Assembly: GCA_964035545.1 (NCBI GenBank)
Contig: OZ037766.1
Coordinates: 9,600,722 to 9,664,721 of the forward strand
Length of the DNA: 64,000 nt
Direction: 5' to 3'
From: Bugula neritina
Lineage: Eukaryota > Animalia > Bryozoa
A program made the translations under genes and the position numbers. Below the pieces are notes generated by a model that saw only the letters and a list, made by a program, of their open reading frames with translations, was not told the origin of the DNA and did no database searches. Below, one piece after another: positions 29,220 to 44,500 of the stretch (position 1 is its first letter; every line of letters starts with the position of its first letter).

Positions 29220-32200
29220 ATGGAGGATGAAGAAGACCTGCTCTCAGCTCTTATTGATACATTTCACTCTGACGATGAAACAGAAGTGCCAAGTCAACAT
29301 CCAACAGAAAACACAGCAAGCACTGTCGTAGATTTGAGTACCAAGCCAGTAGATGAGGTAGTCGTGTAGTTTAGAGTAATGTGCAAGGCCATATATTCAA
29401 ATTTAAGGACTTATGAATCAAAACTTTTTAAAATATGCTGAAACGCACTGTAGCTAGCTCAACCCCTCAAAAATGTGGCTAAAACGATATCGTAGTGCGT
29501 ATCTGCTCGCTACTAAAGTTTAAAACTTTCAACCAAATTACTGCATTTGTTTTGAACATAATTTTCAATTTTTTGTTGTTGCAGAATTTAAATACTTCCA
29601 AACCACGAAAATTAGAAGAATGCGACATTTTTTCCTCTGCCGAAAACAAAACATCTTTGGTTGAGGATTTGTTTGGGGATGAAGAAAGTGAACCCGAGAA
29701 TGACGATGAGCTTATTGCTAGTGAGTTAAATGACATTGCTGACTGTAAGATGTCGTGTCTGAACCATACCAGAAAACCTCCTGGAATATATTCAATCTTC
29801 AGTATTTTGTGGCAAAATTACTTTCGGGAGAATTTTAGTATAGCTAGTGTGTATGTGTATTCACACAGACACCGCGCACACAGCTTTTTATGTAACAACC
29901 TCAACTTTAATTTTAGAGCAATGTGATGCATCATGTTTAAAGTTTCAGTTAAACTAAGCTACATTTAGTATATTTAACTCTGAGTATAAAATGCGAAATA
30001 TTCCTACGCTGTGATGTTTTTTCTTATTTGTTGTTGAGGGTTTATGGCAGCAGCCCATCAAGAAATGTCTTCAGATTCGATTGAGCATCAGCATAGCTTT
30101 ATAATGTATCGCCAAATTTATATGAATTATATAGTTTCGATTATCAATTAAAAATTTTGTATCAGCAATAACATAATTTGCAAAGCCACAATAGTGTAGT
30201 GCGGCATGTGGTGTCTTAAAGAACTTTACCATTACAAAGCTGCTTCGTATAATTTTACTGCCAATTCATATTAATGTTTCCAGCCAATTGTTTTAACTTT
30301 TATGTTTTTAATTTTTGTAGAGACTGATTTGAACTCAAATGGGAGAGAGATTTCTAGAATAATGAAAGCACATGAAAAACAGAGTGTTACAACTTCCGGG
30401 TTTTATGATACTAAGCTGACAACTAGCCAAATAAAAAATAAATGTATGTTTATCAACTTGTTTTTCCACTTTTTAAGGCTCTGCGCTTTCTAGTTCATTT
30501 ATATATTTAAAGCTTGAGATTTACTGAGTTTAAAAATGTTTGCAGTAGAAGGATAAACTGTTTGGATAGAAGGGTAAAAGTGTACTCTAAATTTGTTATG
30601 TAAGGTTGATGACACTCTTTTTGAGCATTTTGTCTTCCCAAATTCTAAAATGATTACATGCGTTTGCAACGTACACAAAACTACCTTTATTAATGTTATT
30701 TGAGAGCTAGTTGGTATTTATTTTATATGTAATGAAATGAATATTTTGCAGGTTTTTCTGGAGAGCATATTGCTTTATTTCATTCTGTTATAACTCGCAA
30801 TGAATGTTGTATGTTTATAATTATGTTAGATGTTTGATGCTATATGTTTATATGTTTAGGGGTCAACGGCAATGGAACTGGGACAGATGCTACTAACTCA
30901 TCAGGTGTAACCATGCCCCATCTTGGCTTTGCTATCGTGTAAGATTTTATTTCCCACTTGTTTGCCAAAATAATTCCTTTAAATAATTCAATTTTATTAT
31001 ATAGTATGTAAATTCAGCTAATAAAATAATTTTGTACTTCATTGAATGATCACACATATTTCGTTTAAAACTTAATTAGGAATCCAAAAGTTTCGATGCA
31101 ATTCCTGAAGCAAGCATTTGAAGAAAAGGAATACGTTAGGCTGAACAAGGTCAACTATAAGAAAGCAGCTGCCTCAAGTGACAAGGATTGGATTACATTT
31201 GGTGTTGTTGCTTCCAAATCGGAAACAAAGCGTTCCAACGTATGTGAAAGTTATGATATTCTTTCTAGATTGGTTCGTGTTGCATGTTTAGGCCATTTTG
31301 GATTCCATGCTGTCTTTTGAAAACATACTGTCAATTTTCTAGATATTTGCTTACTTTAGAGTCACGTTTCATAAAGTCTATCAGTAATAAAATGTTAACC
31401 ACAATGTTCATACCTCTAGCTCTGTAATATAAAATTAATGTTGTGAACTTTGAAGCATAGTTAAAGTTGAGCAGAATAATAAATAATTTCATAGTATATC
31501 GTAAAGTCATTGTTTGATTGCAAGCTTGATTCATTCAAATAAACTTGTGAAAATTATTTTATTGTTGCTTATATTTTTATATTTTATTAATTAATGTTAA
31601 TATATAATAAATGGAGGTTTCGCCTTTTATGATCACTTTTCTCTCTTTACAGGCAGGAAATTCTTTCATAATATTCCGGCTGATAGATATGGCTAATGTT
31701 GATGAAGAAGTCTCTTTGTTTCTGTTTGGTAACAGCTACAGCACCCACTGGAAACTGCCTCCTGCTACAATAATCGGCTTAATGAACCCTTCTATAATGA
31801 GTAATGACAAAGTAAGGAGACCATTATAAAATATATGTTTATACGTGTATACATTTTCATTATATGTGTGTGTGTACACGCACAACAACATTAGCTATAT
31901 GTATGTGTATCTTTATGTATCTTTATTCTAACTTTTATTGGAAAATAACAATGTCTGATTTGATATACCGTGAAATTGTTATGTTATTATTTTCTATTTG
32001 TCAGTATAAAGGCAGATGTGTACCATCTCTCAGTGTTGCCAACCAAAGTCAGCTGATGGTAGTTGGAACTGCTAAAGACTTTGGTACCTGTGGTTCTGTT
32101 ACTAAACAGGGAAACAAGTGCACTAACTTTGTCAACAGGGCTTTGTGTAGCACCTGCAGGTTCCATACCATGCAAGAACATAAGTTACAGAGCCATCGGC

Positions 32201-35200
32201 GATCTGAGCTGAATACAACGTAAGTATATCAAATATGAGTATCATGTATTGGTATCAATCATGCATGTCAAACATTGGACAAAATGAACTGAAAATGGAT
32301 TTTTTACAAAAAACTTTTTTACTGGCTCGCTCTTGGCAAAAAGTGTGGATGTATCGTGCTTCTTCACATTATGATTATTTTAAGTTTTCAGTATTAGTAA
32401 GGCTAGAATAAGATATTATTATATTACTGTCTACAGGTATGATAAGGCTAGAATGCATATTGCAAAGAAAGTATTTGTGTCTTGGATAATTTCTGGAGTT
32501 GTTTGCTTTATACAGGTACGCTAGCAGAGAGCCCGGATCAGCCACAAGGAGCAGACTTATGGCTAAGTTGTCTACATCTAAAAGTTCTGAAGAGTGTATA
32601 ATATATGGCGGGCAGTCATTTTCTAGGCATGTGGCATCATAAGTATTGGGCTTTTGCTTTTATAGTGATTTGAATTCGAGGTTATATCTATAATATCTAC
32701 CTGTGCTATTGGTTGGATGCTTTATAATACTGATGCTGTGATAGGTCGTAAATTTACTTTAAAACTGGTATAGTTATTTCTAAGGTGGTCAGGTGTTAGA
32801 TTGAGCTTTAATTAACAAAATTTTCTTTTCGTTCTTTCAATAAACCATGCATAGTTACCCTCGTCACTTGTTTTTATAGTAATTCCAAGCCTAAAACAAA
32901 TGTATCTCTGAAAGGAGTATTGAACAGATCAAAGCAGAAAGGGAATCTCCAAAGCACACTCAACCTTTATCAAATAAAACCAGAAGACCAAAAGAGACTG
33001 GAAGCATCTAAAGCAGCGTCTCGGTCCAAAGCTGACGAGAAATTGGAGGAGCTTCTGGGTCGACCTTCAACTGCCTCCATGCAATTCATGAGACACCTTA
33101 TGTCTAAGGAGTTAAAAGGTATTGACAAACACGCAATTCTGTGTTGATATTGGCATCGAAGATTTAGTTAGAATTTATAGTATTTGTCAAAAATTATCAA
33201 TTTGCCTGTAACATTGCAATTTATACAATTACTTGCCAATTTTAATATTTATTTACACCTTTTGAGTTTCTATGGTGACAGAAGAGGTAAGGCATACAAA
33301 ACTAGCTGGTGTTAAGTGTTTAAGCTTAGAGGTTTTCTACACCCTAGCTCTTTTTATATATCATTAGAAAACAGAAAATCTAGTGAATTTATCTAGTATA
33401 AATATATGTGCTAAAACACGCTAGGGATACTTTACGTAAGATTAAGTGACACTGTTGTGCTATTTTAAAACATTATTATCTTCCTGCGTGATAGATAATG
33501 TTTCTATTCTGTACTAACTGTGAAGTTGGAATCAGAGAGCATCGAGCTTTCTATTGGTAAAGTCTGCTTAGAGGAGAGAGCCTTGTTTATTTACTACTTA
33601 ATGTAAACTTTTAACTTTGTGGCTGGCAATTGTGCAGGTTCCTCAACAACAAAAAATCCCGCAAGCTCTGTTACTCAAGTTAAACCAGGGGAACTAATAA
33701 AACAGGAAAAAGAAAAATTGTTAAGTCGTTTTCAGGCCAAAAAGACTGTTTCGAATCACAATGGATCTTCAGTTTCTTTGAACAATTTCACTTCTGTCAA
33801 GTCAGCTGGTACCATGACTCCGCAAGAATACAGACAGGTACAGGCAAAGGTTTATGTGTAGTTTTCTAGTTTTAGCAATTTTGTTTGTTATGGGCTAGAC
33901 TGTCGTAAAGAATCTTATCTTGATTTAAGACCCAAAACCTGTAGGAATCTACTTCTAACTTCATTTTTTATTAACAATATCTAACATTGCATATTAATAA
34001 CATATTATTCAGATTTTTTTTAAAATTAACTATACTTTTTGTTGAGAAAAATAGAGCCGTTCTTAATGCTAGTTATTTATAGTGGAAATTTAAAATTGAT
34101 AAAACAATTAACCAGTATTAATAAGAAGACGATTCTAAACTGAGCAAATCAAGAATGGTCATTTACCTATAAAATTATTTTTTCAATCCACAGTTAGTTG
34201 CAAAAAACAAAGCTCTTGCAATGGTTAGACAAAATGGTGCAATCAGGAAAGAAGATGTAAATGCTCTCCGTAAAAACCTTTCTGTGAAACAAAAAGAACA
34301 ACTCAAACGCACAGTTGATCAAAGCTTAGATGGAGAATCAATTCCTGAACATGGTAAGCATATTTAAAGTTTTGCCAAGTTGTTTCTAGTTGCTGTATTT
34401 AAAATTGCTTTTGAATGATTTATGGGTGTGACTAAAATGGGTATAACATGGATTTCATAATTTATTTGTTTTCAGCTTTTTGGATTGTCTGGTTTTTTAA
34501 ATGAGAATTATTAAAATAAGCTTAAATTTTTTACACTAAATTAGCAGATGGAAACTTTCAAAAAACTGTAAGATAAAGACAATTAACAATATAGTCATAG
34601 TGAGAATACAGGAGGGTGTTGCAATAAATTATACATATATTATAATTTAAATTTATTGTTCTTGATTTACAATCTCTAGCATGTTGAATATATAATAGAA
34701 ACTAGTAGAAGTAACATGGAAAACAATTTTAACAGTCATGGCTGTTTACAAAGTCTGAAAATAAAGTTATTTCCTTCATTAAAGGTGTTTTAACAAACAT
34801 TTTCTTTGCTTTTTAGTTTTTTGAACAGCTTTAATTTTTATAGCATCTTGAGGAATGTTTTGGAATTTTATTTTAAGTCAAGCATGAAATTCTTTCACCA
34901 CTTTCAATATTAGAAATTATAATGAAATCACAAGGAACATAAAAAATGACAAATCTATTGGTGTCTCTATGGGTAGGAAGGATTGTATTATAAATTTGTG
35001 TTCTTGGATTACAACAATTCAAAAATTTATATTATATCAAAATGTTTGAATCATACAAATTTTAATAACAAGAACTGCCTAAATAGCTGAAAATAAAGCA
35101 GATATGTAGTGTGACACTCATTTTAGTCATTGGGACGGTTGTCAATATATATATACTGCTTATTTTAGTAATATCCATGAATGACAGAGTGGCCTTTTGG

Positions 35201-38200
35201 TTAAGTTCTAATGCTGATTTTTTTTAAACGTTTCAGGCTTGCAAGAACAAGGCATCTGATTCTATGCTATTTGCGAAATGAATATTTAATGAAGCCTTTT
35301 AACGAAAGTCAGTAGTGTGTTGAAAAAATAATCTAATATTCAAAGCTTGCTATATCTGTATTCTTGTGGTGATACTAGATTCTTCCGGAACAAAAGAAAA
35401 ACGACCTAAACTTGATCAAATAGATGTCAACTCAGAGCATTACTCACAGATAAGAAACAAGAAATCTATAAATAGTCACTTAATCAAGCAGGTGATAAAT
35501 TTTAAAAGCATTCAAGACAAATATTCAAACTTTTTAATGTGGTCTGTGATGTTTTGTTAGTTTTGTAAAACTAAAATGACATATAAAAAAATTCACATAA
35601 TCTATCATTTTTCCCGTTGTAGAGCTTTGCCTATGCTATGGCAGATTGTAGAAACTCAAAAAGCCAATCTATTATGTATATACATAAATTATGTAAAATT
35701 GTTTATTCCTATATTTTGTGAAACTCTGTTTCTGCTGCTTACTAGGTGGAAGACGACAGAGAAAGTCAGTATTTTCAAACACTAGAGAGGAAAGAAAGCT
35801 ATGAGACCAAACTTCTTGGCATTCATAAAATAGAGTCTAAGTTATACGTTTGTCTTCAGGTAGGATGGCAAACAACTATAGTTTTTTATTTTTAAATTTT
35901 TGAGACTGTTAAGCGTTTAATTCCTTCTCGCAATGCTGAACTAGTACACTGGAGTAAATCTTACATCGCAACAGCTTCTGTATTATTATTATAGATTAAT
36001 AGAGGCAAACATTGGTTATTGCATATTGAGCAGAGTGATGTGCTAGTACTTTTAATATTTTAAATTTTAATATTTGAGCTGAAAGAACATAAAACAATTA
36101 CCGATTAGTAGTTCAAATTTCATTAGATTTTAGATGATGCCTAAATAATCTAATCGAGTTTGCTCCTCTACCATTAAAGTTTTATAGCTATTAGCCTGCA
36201 AGCTGTTTCTCAAACATCAATGTTTTCCTTGAGAATGTGGCTGGTCAGTCTACCAAATTACTGGAATTTAAATTAAAGTCATAGTCAAAGATCGATTCAA
36301 ACTTCGTTGTAAGAACAGTTGCAATTTTCTCAAAATCGATTTCGGGCTTATTCAATTACTGTAACCATTACAGTTCCAATGCTTGCTACCGTTGATATGA
36401 TTCAGCTGTTTCTGTTACAGTGTGATTATCAAGATTGGAGACTCTCGGATAAGTGTCGCCAAGATGGCCATAAATTTAAAAAGCTTGATGTTTTTAAGAG
36501 ATTTTTTAAATGCAACAATTGCAAAGAGAGACTGACAACTCATGAAAAGTTTCCAAGTGTATGCTGCCAGTAAGTATTAATGTCTGTGTCTATTACACTT
36601 ACACACTTTCCCAATTCAGTTTTTACATTGCAGAAACTAGTTAGTTTTCTAATTTTATGAATTGCAAATGTGATATGTGATATGAGGATTTTTCCTTTCT
36701 CCTTCATCTAGTAACAAAAAGTTACATGGAATTATTGTTGCAACTATCTTTTATATCCTTCAATATTTGTTACTAGAATAAGCAGCAAATGTGTGGGTTT
36801 AAAACATTGCATTGAGACTGTTAATTTTGAATATGGCTTGGCCTTTTCCCCGATGTGTAATAATTAAGCTCTATATACTTTCTGCTCTATAGCCTATAAA
36901 TGTACAAATATATAATTATTTTATCTTTCAAGTAGCTTTACTACATTGGGCTGTCTCATTACTTGTCAAATAATCAATTATCCACTACTGACTACTGCTG
37001 TAACGCATTATGAGAGCAATATACTCTCAGAATCTTGGAATGTATAGCTTCCTACATATAGCTATTGTTGAAATACTGGTTTAGATGTTTAGCCTATTTC
37101 AGTTTATTGAGATACAAAGAAACCGAGTTTTCAAGCCACAGCTGTTTGCTGATAAAGTTAGTTATAGGTTTGGTAGGCTGGAAAGGATAACTCCTGAATT
37201 ATCATAATTTCTTAGTTTTAAAAAATCTCTGCCGACATCTTACTTTCCCAGTATTTGTGTGAATTTTGTTATAGACCATTCCGCTTTCAACACCCTCAAA
37301 ATGTTTAGTTAAAAATTTATTTTGACTGAGAAAAAAATGTCAATGAAGTTTCTTTCACCTTAAAAGCTACTGGTCAAAATTATCATTTTGCATTTACTTT
37401 CTTAGCTCATTTTCAGCATACAGTCAGCAGAAATAATCTATTTATTAAGATAACTTTATTCAAAGAGTGTAATCTATATTAAATTGCTTGTAGTTGAACC
37501 ACTAGATAAAATTTCGGTGAACTAAGTAAATATTCTCAATTTTCCACATCAGTGTAATTTTAATGTCGGTAAAACTATAAAACCCTTATTCTAATCTCAG
37601 AGAAGTGGTCACTAAAGCTATAAACACACCTTTAAGGTTTCAATAAAATTTTCTGCACCTGTGTTAAGCCAGAAAGCAGCAATTTTTGCTTAATGTTTAA
37701 CCAACAGGCTATTTTAAGTCAGATGTAGGATCATGATGTTTAAAACTGTGAATTTGAGTTATCCTTCCCAATTTATAAACTTTCAACTGCTGCCAATAGC
37801 AAACATCACTGTTGTGACCTTTAGAAATATAGGTTTTTATGTTACTTGGTATCCCCTCTTTCTTATAAAAACTTGTGATGAGCTAATACTGTGTTAGCAA
37901 GTACAAATCCTAATAAATTATCAATAATGAAATTTAATCCACATGTTTCATGTAGAGCAACACAACTCCAATTTGGTGTTTAAACTTTGTTATATCTATG
38001 CCATAATATGATGTTTATTAGTATGTTAATTCTGTTGGTAGGGAAGCTGAAGATATTTATTGCACTTAATTTTTCCAGTTTTCAGTTTACAGTATTTAAT
38101 TTTAGCTCACTTTTGCAATCTATTTATATTTTAGAAAATGTGGGGGTCGGAACTTTAGCAAAGCTGGCATGATAAACGAAAAGAAAGTAACATTAGCAAG

Positions 38201-38273
38201 TGATGAGCTATGCTTAAGAGGTAGCGAAGAAGGCAAACTGGGTTTTTATAATAAAATTGATTTAAATGTTTAA
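29220..38273 (+). CDS. MCM10: DNA replication factor MCM10, multi-exon
   Basis: N-terminus MEDEEDLLSALI; OB-fold DWITFGVV...VSLFLFG...HWK...IGLMNP; CCCH finger GTAKDFGTCGSVTKQGNKCTNFVN..CSTCRFH; YFQTLERKESYETKL; C-terminal Zn motifs CLQCDY...KRFFKC..C; ends LCLRGSEEG...NV* at 38271-38273. Confidence 0.95.
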
Positions 38274-38535
38274 ATGTGTGATTTTTGTCAAGTTAACAAT
38301 AAGTATTCAACCACATTAAACTTTTGTATGCAAGTTATAATATTCTAGTGCAGCATATTATATATTTTGTGATAAGATTATGGTTTTATAATACTTTTAA
38401 ATGAATTTTATAGCTTGTTGATTGTAAGTAATTTATTTAATAATATTGTAAATTAACAACAAACTAAACGTATTCTTGAAAACTATAACTCAAAGTATTA
38501 ATATTTCAACTCAACTGAGTTCAACAAAGTTCTCA

Positions 38536-41500
38536 CTAGAATGCATTGTAAGATTTAGCACTCATGTGAATGACATCTTCTACTTGCGGTTTCAGGCAGA
38601 GTGGCGATTTGATAACAATGTCGTAAATTGATAGGATGCAGCAAGAGAACTTTGCTGATATATAATCATGTGGATGGCCAATAGTTTCCAACAAATCACT
38701 TGGCCTACAACAAAACACAGATGAACAATTGTCTTGTAAATAATTGAGTTTTGATACTTTTGTTCACCCTCCCTGCTCACTAATAAGCAACTGAAGATCT
38801 AAAATGTACACAAAAATACGTAAAATTGCAATTACTCACATAGTGATATCACAAATATCGGATATAAACTTCAGAAGGGAACATAGAGTGTTGTCATACT
38901 CTGATTCTCTTGCAAAAGCTCCTACATCCACCTTTTCTTTCTGCATGTAATCATTCAAACATTACCAATAGCATATTTTAATTTAAAAAAAACACATCTA
39001 AACTGTGTGTATATGTGTATACTTACTATTCACAACAGTATGCTGTTTCAAGCTGAAAGCTTGAACAAAGATTAGAGGAAAATATATATTAAAGAAAGCC
39101 AGTGAAACTTGTATAAGTGATTTATCATGACTTGAAGCATAATTAAATTGATCCAGCAGATGCAAAAATCAAATTTAGTGTAAAATAGTATAAAATGCAG
39201 GCTAAGCTTGGCAAAAAACTAGATGTGTTCATAAAGCCAATTTAAACACAGATTTTTTTCTGTATAATTTTGACTTACCCAGCTATTGAATTCTATTCTT
39301 TGACCCAGTTGGTTTATTTGATCTAACACATTAGTTTTGAAGCTACAAAAATGCAATAACCAGCAATTCAATTGTATTTACAAAGCTTAAATGACCATTA
39401 TATTTTAGAGTTGTAGATTTCAATAACAAGCTTACCCACTACGGATTTCTGGTTGCCTACCCACAGCAGCCAAAAATTGAACTTGCTTTTTCCTGCTCCA
39501 GAAATAGGGGTGCCTGAAATTATACTATATTTAAGATCACCCTCCGTGCTGTGCATTAAAATCTCAAACTGGATAAAAACAGTATGAAAGCAGCAGCTAG
39601 CATTTTGACTATACCATTAAATAATCAGTAAATTTTTATAATTATGATTTAATAATGTTAGGTTGAATAAAGAAGACCTACGTTAAACATATATTGGTGT
39701 CTTTCCTTGCACTAGGCTCAGCTAGCACCATCCAAGATAGCAAGTGCCTGGCTTCTATGTTCTCCGTTTGTATGGCATATTGGCCAGCTCTAATATTACT
39801 GTCAATGCTGATAACTGTACTGTTTCTCTTACCAAATGGATGCAAACCATTACACATTATGTAGTGTAGAAGCATCCCTGCAACCTAAATTTTAATGGAA
39901 CCCATAAAACCTGCATAATTTGTAATCAGCGTGAGAGTATCCTCTGAACTGAAACTATAACCCTATAACTATATATAGGTTATAGTTCAATGGGTGTATC
40001 ACAAACTCACTTTTATCTAAGATGAAAAGCATGCAATATGCACGCAAGTATAGAAATTATATTATATATTAAATTATACTTGAAAATTGGCTTTATAATT
40101 AAGTACATTTGTTAATACAATATAGAGCAGTTGAAGTGTAAAGGAGCTGTTTTATAGCCTTTTGAAAATTTCAAACCTGAATATCACTTTTGTGAGCAGA
40201 AGAATTATTGAGCCGTTTTTTGACCTCTGTAGCTTCCCAACACAGCCGATCTAGAAAACAAACACTTGAGCAGTTTTGGTTAGTTCTAGCTGAAACTCAT
40301 CAATTGTATGTATGGATAGCTACTGTATCCAAAGTTTATCTGTTTAAAATTAAGACAAATAAAATACCTCAACAATTTACAAACTATTGATGATCTAAAA
40401 TACTATCTTTTACTGCATGTTCAACAAAATCGATAATTCTTATAAATCTAGGAAAGCTATAAATTTCTATAGGCATTCTAAAACTTTAGCGCAATATTAC
40501 AAAAAATATTTTTGCTTGCTGCTTTACAAAATTTTACAGATATATAGAGTTGAAGCTTTAAAAAACACAATCATTTTGCTCAAAAGAAGTGTCAGTAAAT
40601 AAGATCAGATTTACTGCACAACATAATTCCATCATATTTTCAACACTGTAACAAACTTGTTTGCTTAGGGCCAAAAATGGGACATTGTGTGTGGAATTTT
40701 CATGCGTCTAACATTGCGTCTGACTCATGCTGTTTGATCTAATTGGCTTATTATCATTTAGCCAGCACATTTCTTTTATTTTAATTCACGTTTTAGCTTT
40801 TAGCGAACTGAATTAAAACAGTTTCATGTAGTTTGCATTTCTGCTTTTATAATAATATCTTGCCAATGACGTAGTTTAAAAACAAACGTATAGGTGAGCA
40901 GTTAAACTCCAAGATCATTAGCTAATAAATTCCACACTCGCATTGTGTGTGGCAGATCTAAATGTGTACAACGCTTCGTGTGGCCCTACGCTTACTGTTC
41001 ACTATTGTCTAAAACATGATAGAAGCAGATAGATGGTGCATTACAAATACTCTTTTAAAGGCCAAGGGCCAAACATTCAACACTTGGGAGCCACATGTAT
41101 GGCTCTAAAGTATCTAGTTGGGCTTCAATCTGCTAGATTATAGGATGTCACAAAATACTGCAGTGATCTCAAGCATATCCATGTGCTAGTTGTTGCAAAA
41201 CTTGATAAAAAATTGATGCCTAATTACACACAGGCCTATTTTACAACGATCTCATTCATGTTTGTTATCAACTCCCATTTTCCGTTAAGTTTCTCAAAAA
41301 GAAGCATGGGCCATGCTTTTTTATGGATATAAGAATCTTCAAGAAAGCGGTTAGATAACTCATATAGTATTTTGACCTCCCACAACAATAAACAATCTCA
41401 ATTGCTTGTTTGTCAACAATTTGGGATAATTTAGTTATTTTTCAGATTATAAGTAACAGGTACTATTCACATTTATTCATTCCACTACAATAGCTGTTTA

Positions 41501-44500
41501 CCTGAATTCCTGCATGGAAGCTGATTCATAAATCCTGACCAATTTGAAACAACTGGATAGTCTGCTATTTTCAAAATTGAATCTTTTCCAATCAGTATGT
41601 TTTCTGGCTATAAAAAATCCATAAAAAATTGCGCATATAATTCACGAAAAATATAAGGATTCAGCTGGCTATATATTTATTATAATGCACTATACTGTAG
41701 TGTGACGTACAATGGATAAGTTAAATGTTTACTTGCAACGCAACGGAACAATGCCTGGAAATAAAAATATGCAAACCTTTAAATTGCCATGAATAATATT
41801 GTTAGCATGCAATACATTCAATCCCGACAACAGCTCGTGGCACATTCGTGTTTTTATAGCATCTTCACTTTTTAAAAATGCATCAGACACTATGAAACTT
41901 TTCAAATTACAGTCACAAAGTTCCATAATCAGTACTAATGATCTAGGATTGTGCACACTGATATCCTGAAACAGACAATGATACAAAATACAGGTTTAAG
42001 TAAAATTAGATGCAGATACACACACATACATACGGACACACACACATACACACGACACCAATGCTTTCGCGCATGATCACACACACATTCTCCTGAGTCG
42101 GGCAGCAGCAAGACTTTAGCTTGGAAGTCTTCACAAATGAATATGGTCAGGGCATTGAGATTATTGAGCTGACCATTTATTTGGTTAATAATGAATCACT
42201 GAGAGATCAACCAGCTGTTGGGCCTACTGCAATCTGTGGATTTTAGCAGCAAGGATGAAAATGCCTAGAGTACACGGCCAAGCATAAGCAGTAGTGAGCT
42301 TTATGAACAAGTTGGGAAAATGGGAGTTGCCGAACTAGTTTCTGATCACACTCGAGCTGCCATGAGTCCATTGTATGTACCAGAAGTCATACACTAGGCC
42401 CTAGGGCATAGTTGATAATTGTAAGTTGCCAGCATAGAGGTGTTTTACAAACTATAACTGCGAACTGCATGTCTAACTTTAAAGTTATGACATAGTGAGA
42501 GTAAAGAATTAGGTCACCAACAAAGCTACAGTTTATTATTAGTGTCCTGGTGGCGAGGTCTTGGTAGTAACATCGGTAACTGTTAAGGGGCAATTAGAGA
42601 TTGTCATTATAAACATATGAATGCTTGGTAAAACATTTGTGCCCTAATAATTTCATGTAAAGTTTGGAACTCAGCTTAAAATTAAAACAGTAATATTTTC
42701 ATACAATATGTGCAGTTGAAAATATGACCAAGAAAATTATCATCACATGCTATGCTGCACAGACTAATTAGTTGGGGAAGCATAAACTGACAGGTTAGCA
42801 ATTGCTTTGAATTTAGAAAAGCCAAGATCCAACTTACAAGTAATCTCACAAGGTTTGACTTATTGATAGGGCCTAGAATTTGAGCAAGATCTAAACGAGT
42901 GTGTCTAAGACAGTACTTTGCTGCAACAGCAATGCCACTGCTCTGATGAATTCCATGGAATACATCAACGCCATCTCTTGAGCTAAAACATGAATATTTT
43001 GAATGAATTGGCAAAAATTCAAGGCTTACAGGAAATGGTTCATTGCATATTATATTTCATTATAGTTCAAAGCTGCAATTGAATTTTTTATTTGGTGTTG
43101 GAAACAGTTGCATTAAATGAAACCAGAGCCATAAGTCAATGCAAACCGCAACCACAAATTCATCGTATGAGCATTCATCCACATGATGTGCGAAGTTGTA
43201 AAAATGTAGTTTTTAATTGATCTGCCTTCTAGAATCATTATGTATAAAGTATACAACTAGCAACACAATTATTATGAGTTTGATAGAAGTGATATAATAC
43301 AATTACAAAGACTCAAAACAAAGACAAAATTAATACAGACCTTGGGCCTACTCGCATGTTGGTAGAAATATTGAATGTATATTCTCCAACACAAATCTTG
43401 ACTTTTTTATGACACCATTCATCTAATTCCGGATATTTGGGAATTCTAGTATCTGCTTCTTGAGCCAGTTCTTTTTTGTTATGTGTAAAATCAACATCTT
43501 TTGTCGGAACTACCATAAATGGTTCATATATATCTCCACAGACTGTAGCATTCTGTTGCGCTATTAACTCATCGAGTGGGTTTCGTTCAAGCTTTCTAAT
43601 ATATTGATTGGTCCACATATTGATATTTGTTTTGCTTATTTGTGAATCCAACAAATCACAAGATAGCTCCAGTGATGTTTCTGAATCAGATTGAAACGAA
43701 GACAAAGTTTTTACATAAGGATTATACAAACTAGGTTGCTGTAGGGATATAGGAAGTAAATTATTTCTGTTGAGCTGTGAGCTATTCTCGTCTTCACCTT
43801 CATTTAAAGAATTATACAAGTGCTCACCAATCAACTGTTCCTCAGAAAGATATTCTATTTGTTCATTTTTATCAACAGGGCTACAAAATGTTTCATTCGA
43901 TTGTAAAGTTTCATCAAACGAATCACTCACATCTAAAGTGCTAAAACTGTCGATGTTGTCACCTTGAGAGCAAAAATCGAGAGTGAGACCAATAGGCTGA
44001 ATAAGGATTTGCGAACCATTTTTACTGTTGATTATTTTGTTGCTTGAGATTAACTGTGAATGAAACCTTTTGCTGAGAGAAATGTTTTTATCGCTATTTA
44101 TTTTGTCTGTATGGGCATTAACAACAGATAAGTCATTTAAATGTTGATTGCATGATAAAATTTCCACTTTTTTATTCATGTTTATCTGATTTGAAATGAC
44201 CTGGTTGGTTTCAGATTGAATAATTGGTTCAGGTGACTGAATGTGCGCTGAACAAATAGAACTGGTCATTAGGTCGCTTTCAGAATGATCTAGCTCTGCA
44301 GTTGCCACAATCTTTTGGTTAGTATAAGTACTATCTTTATCATCATTGTTAGGCTCTAGTATGTACTTAAATGTATCATGCTCCACCAAACTAGTTAAAT
44401 TTTTATTATAATGGTTAGATGCAAAATTATGAGAACTATTTAACTCTGATTTATCGCTTGCAAAGGGTTGTGTTTTAGGCTGTTCAGATTTGACAAGTGG

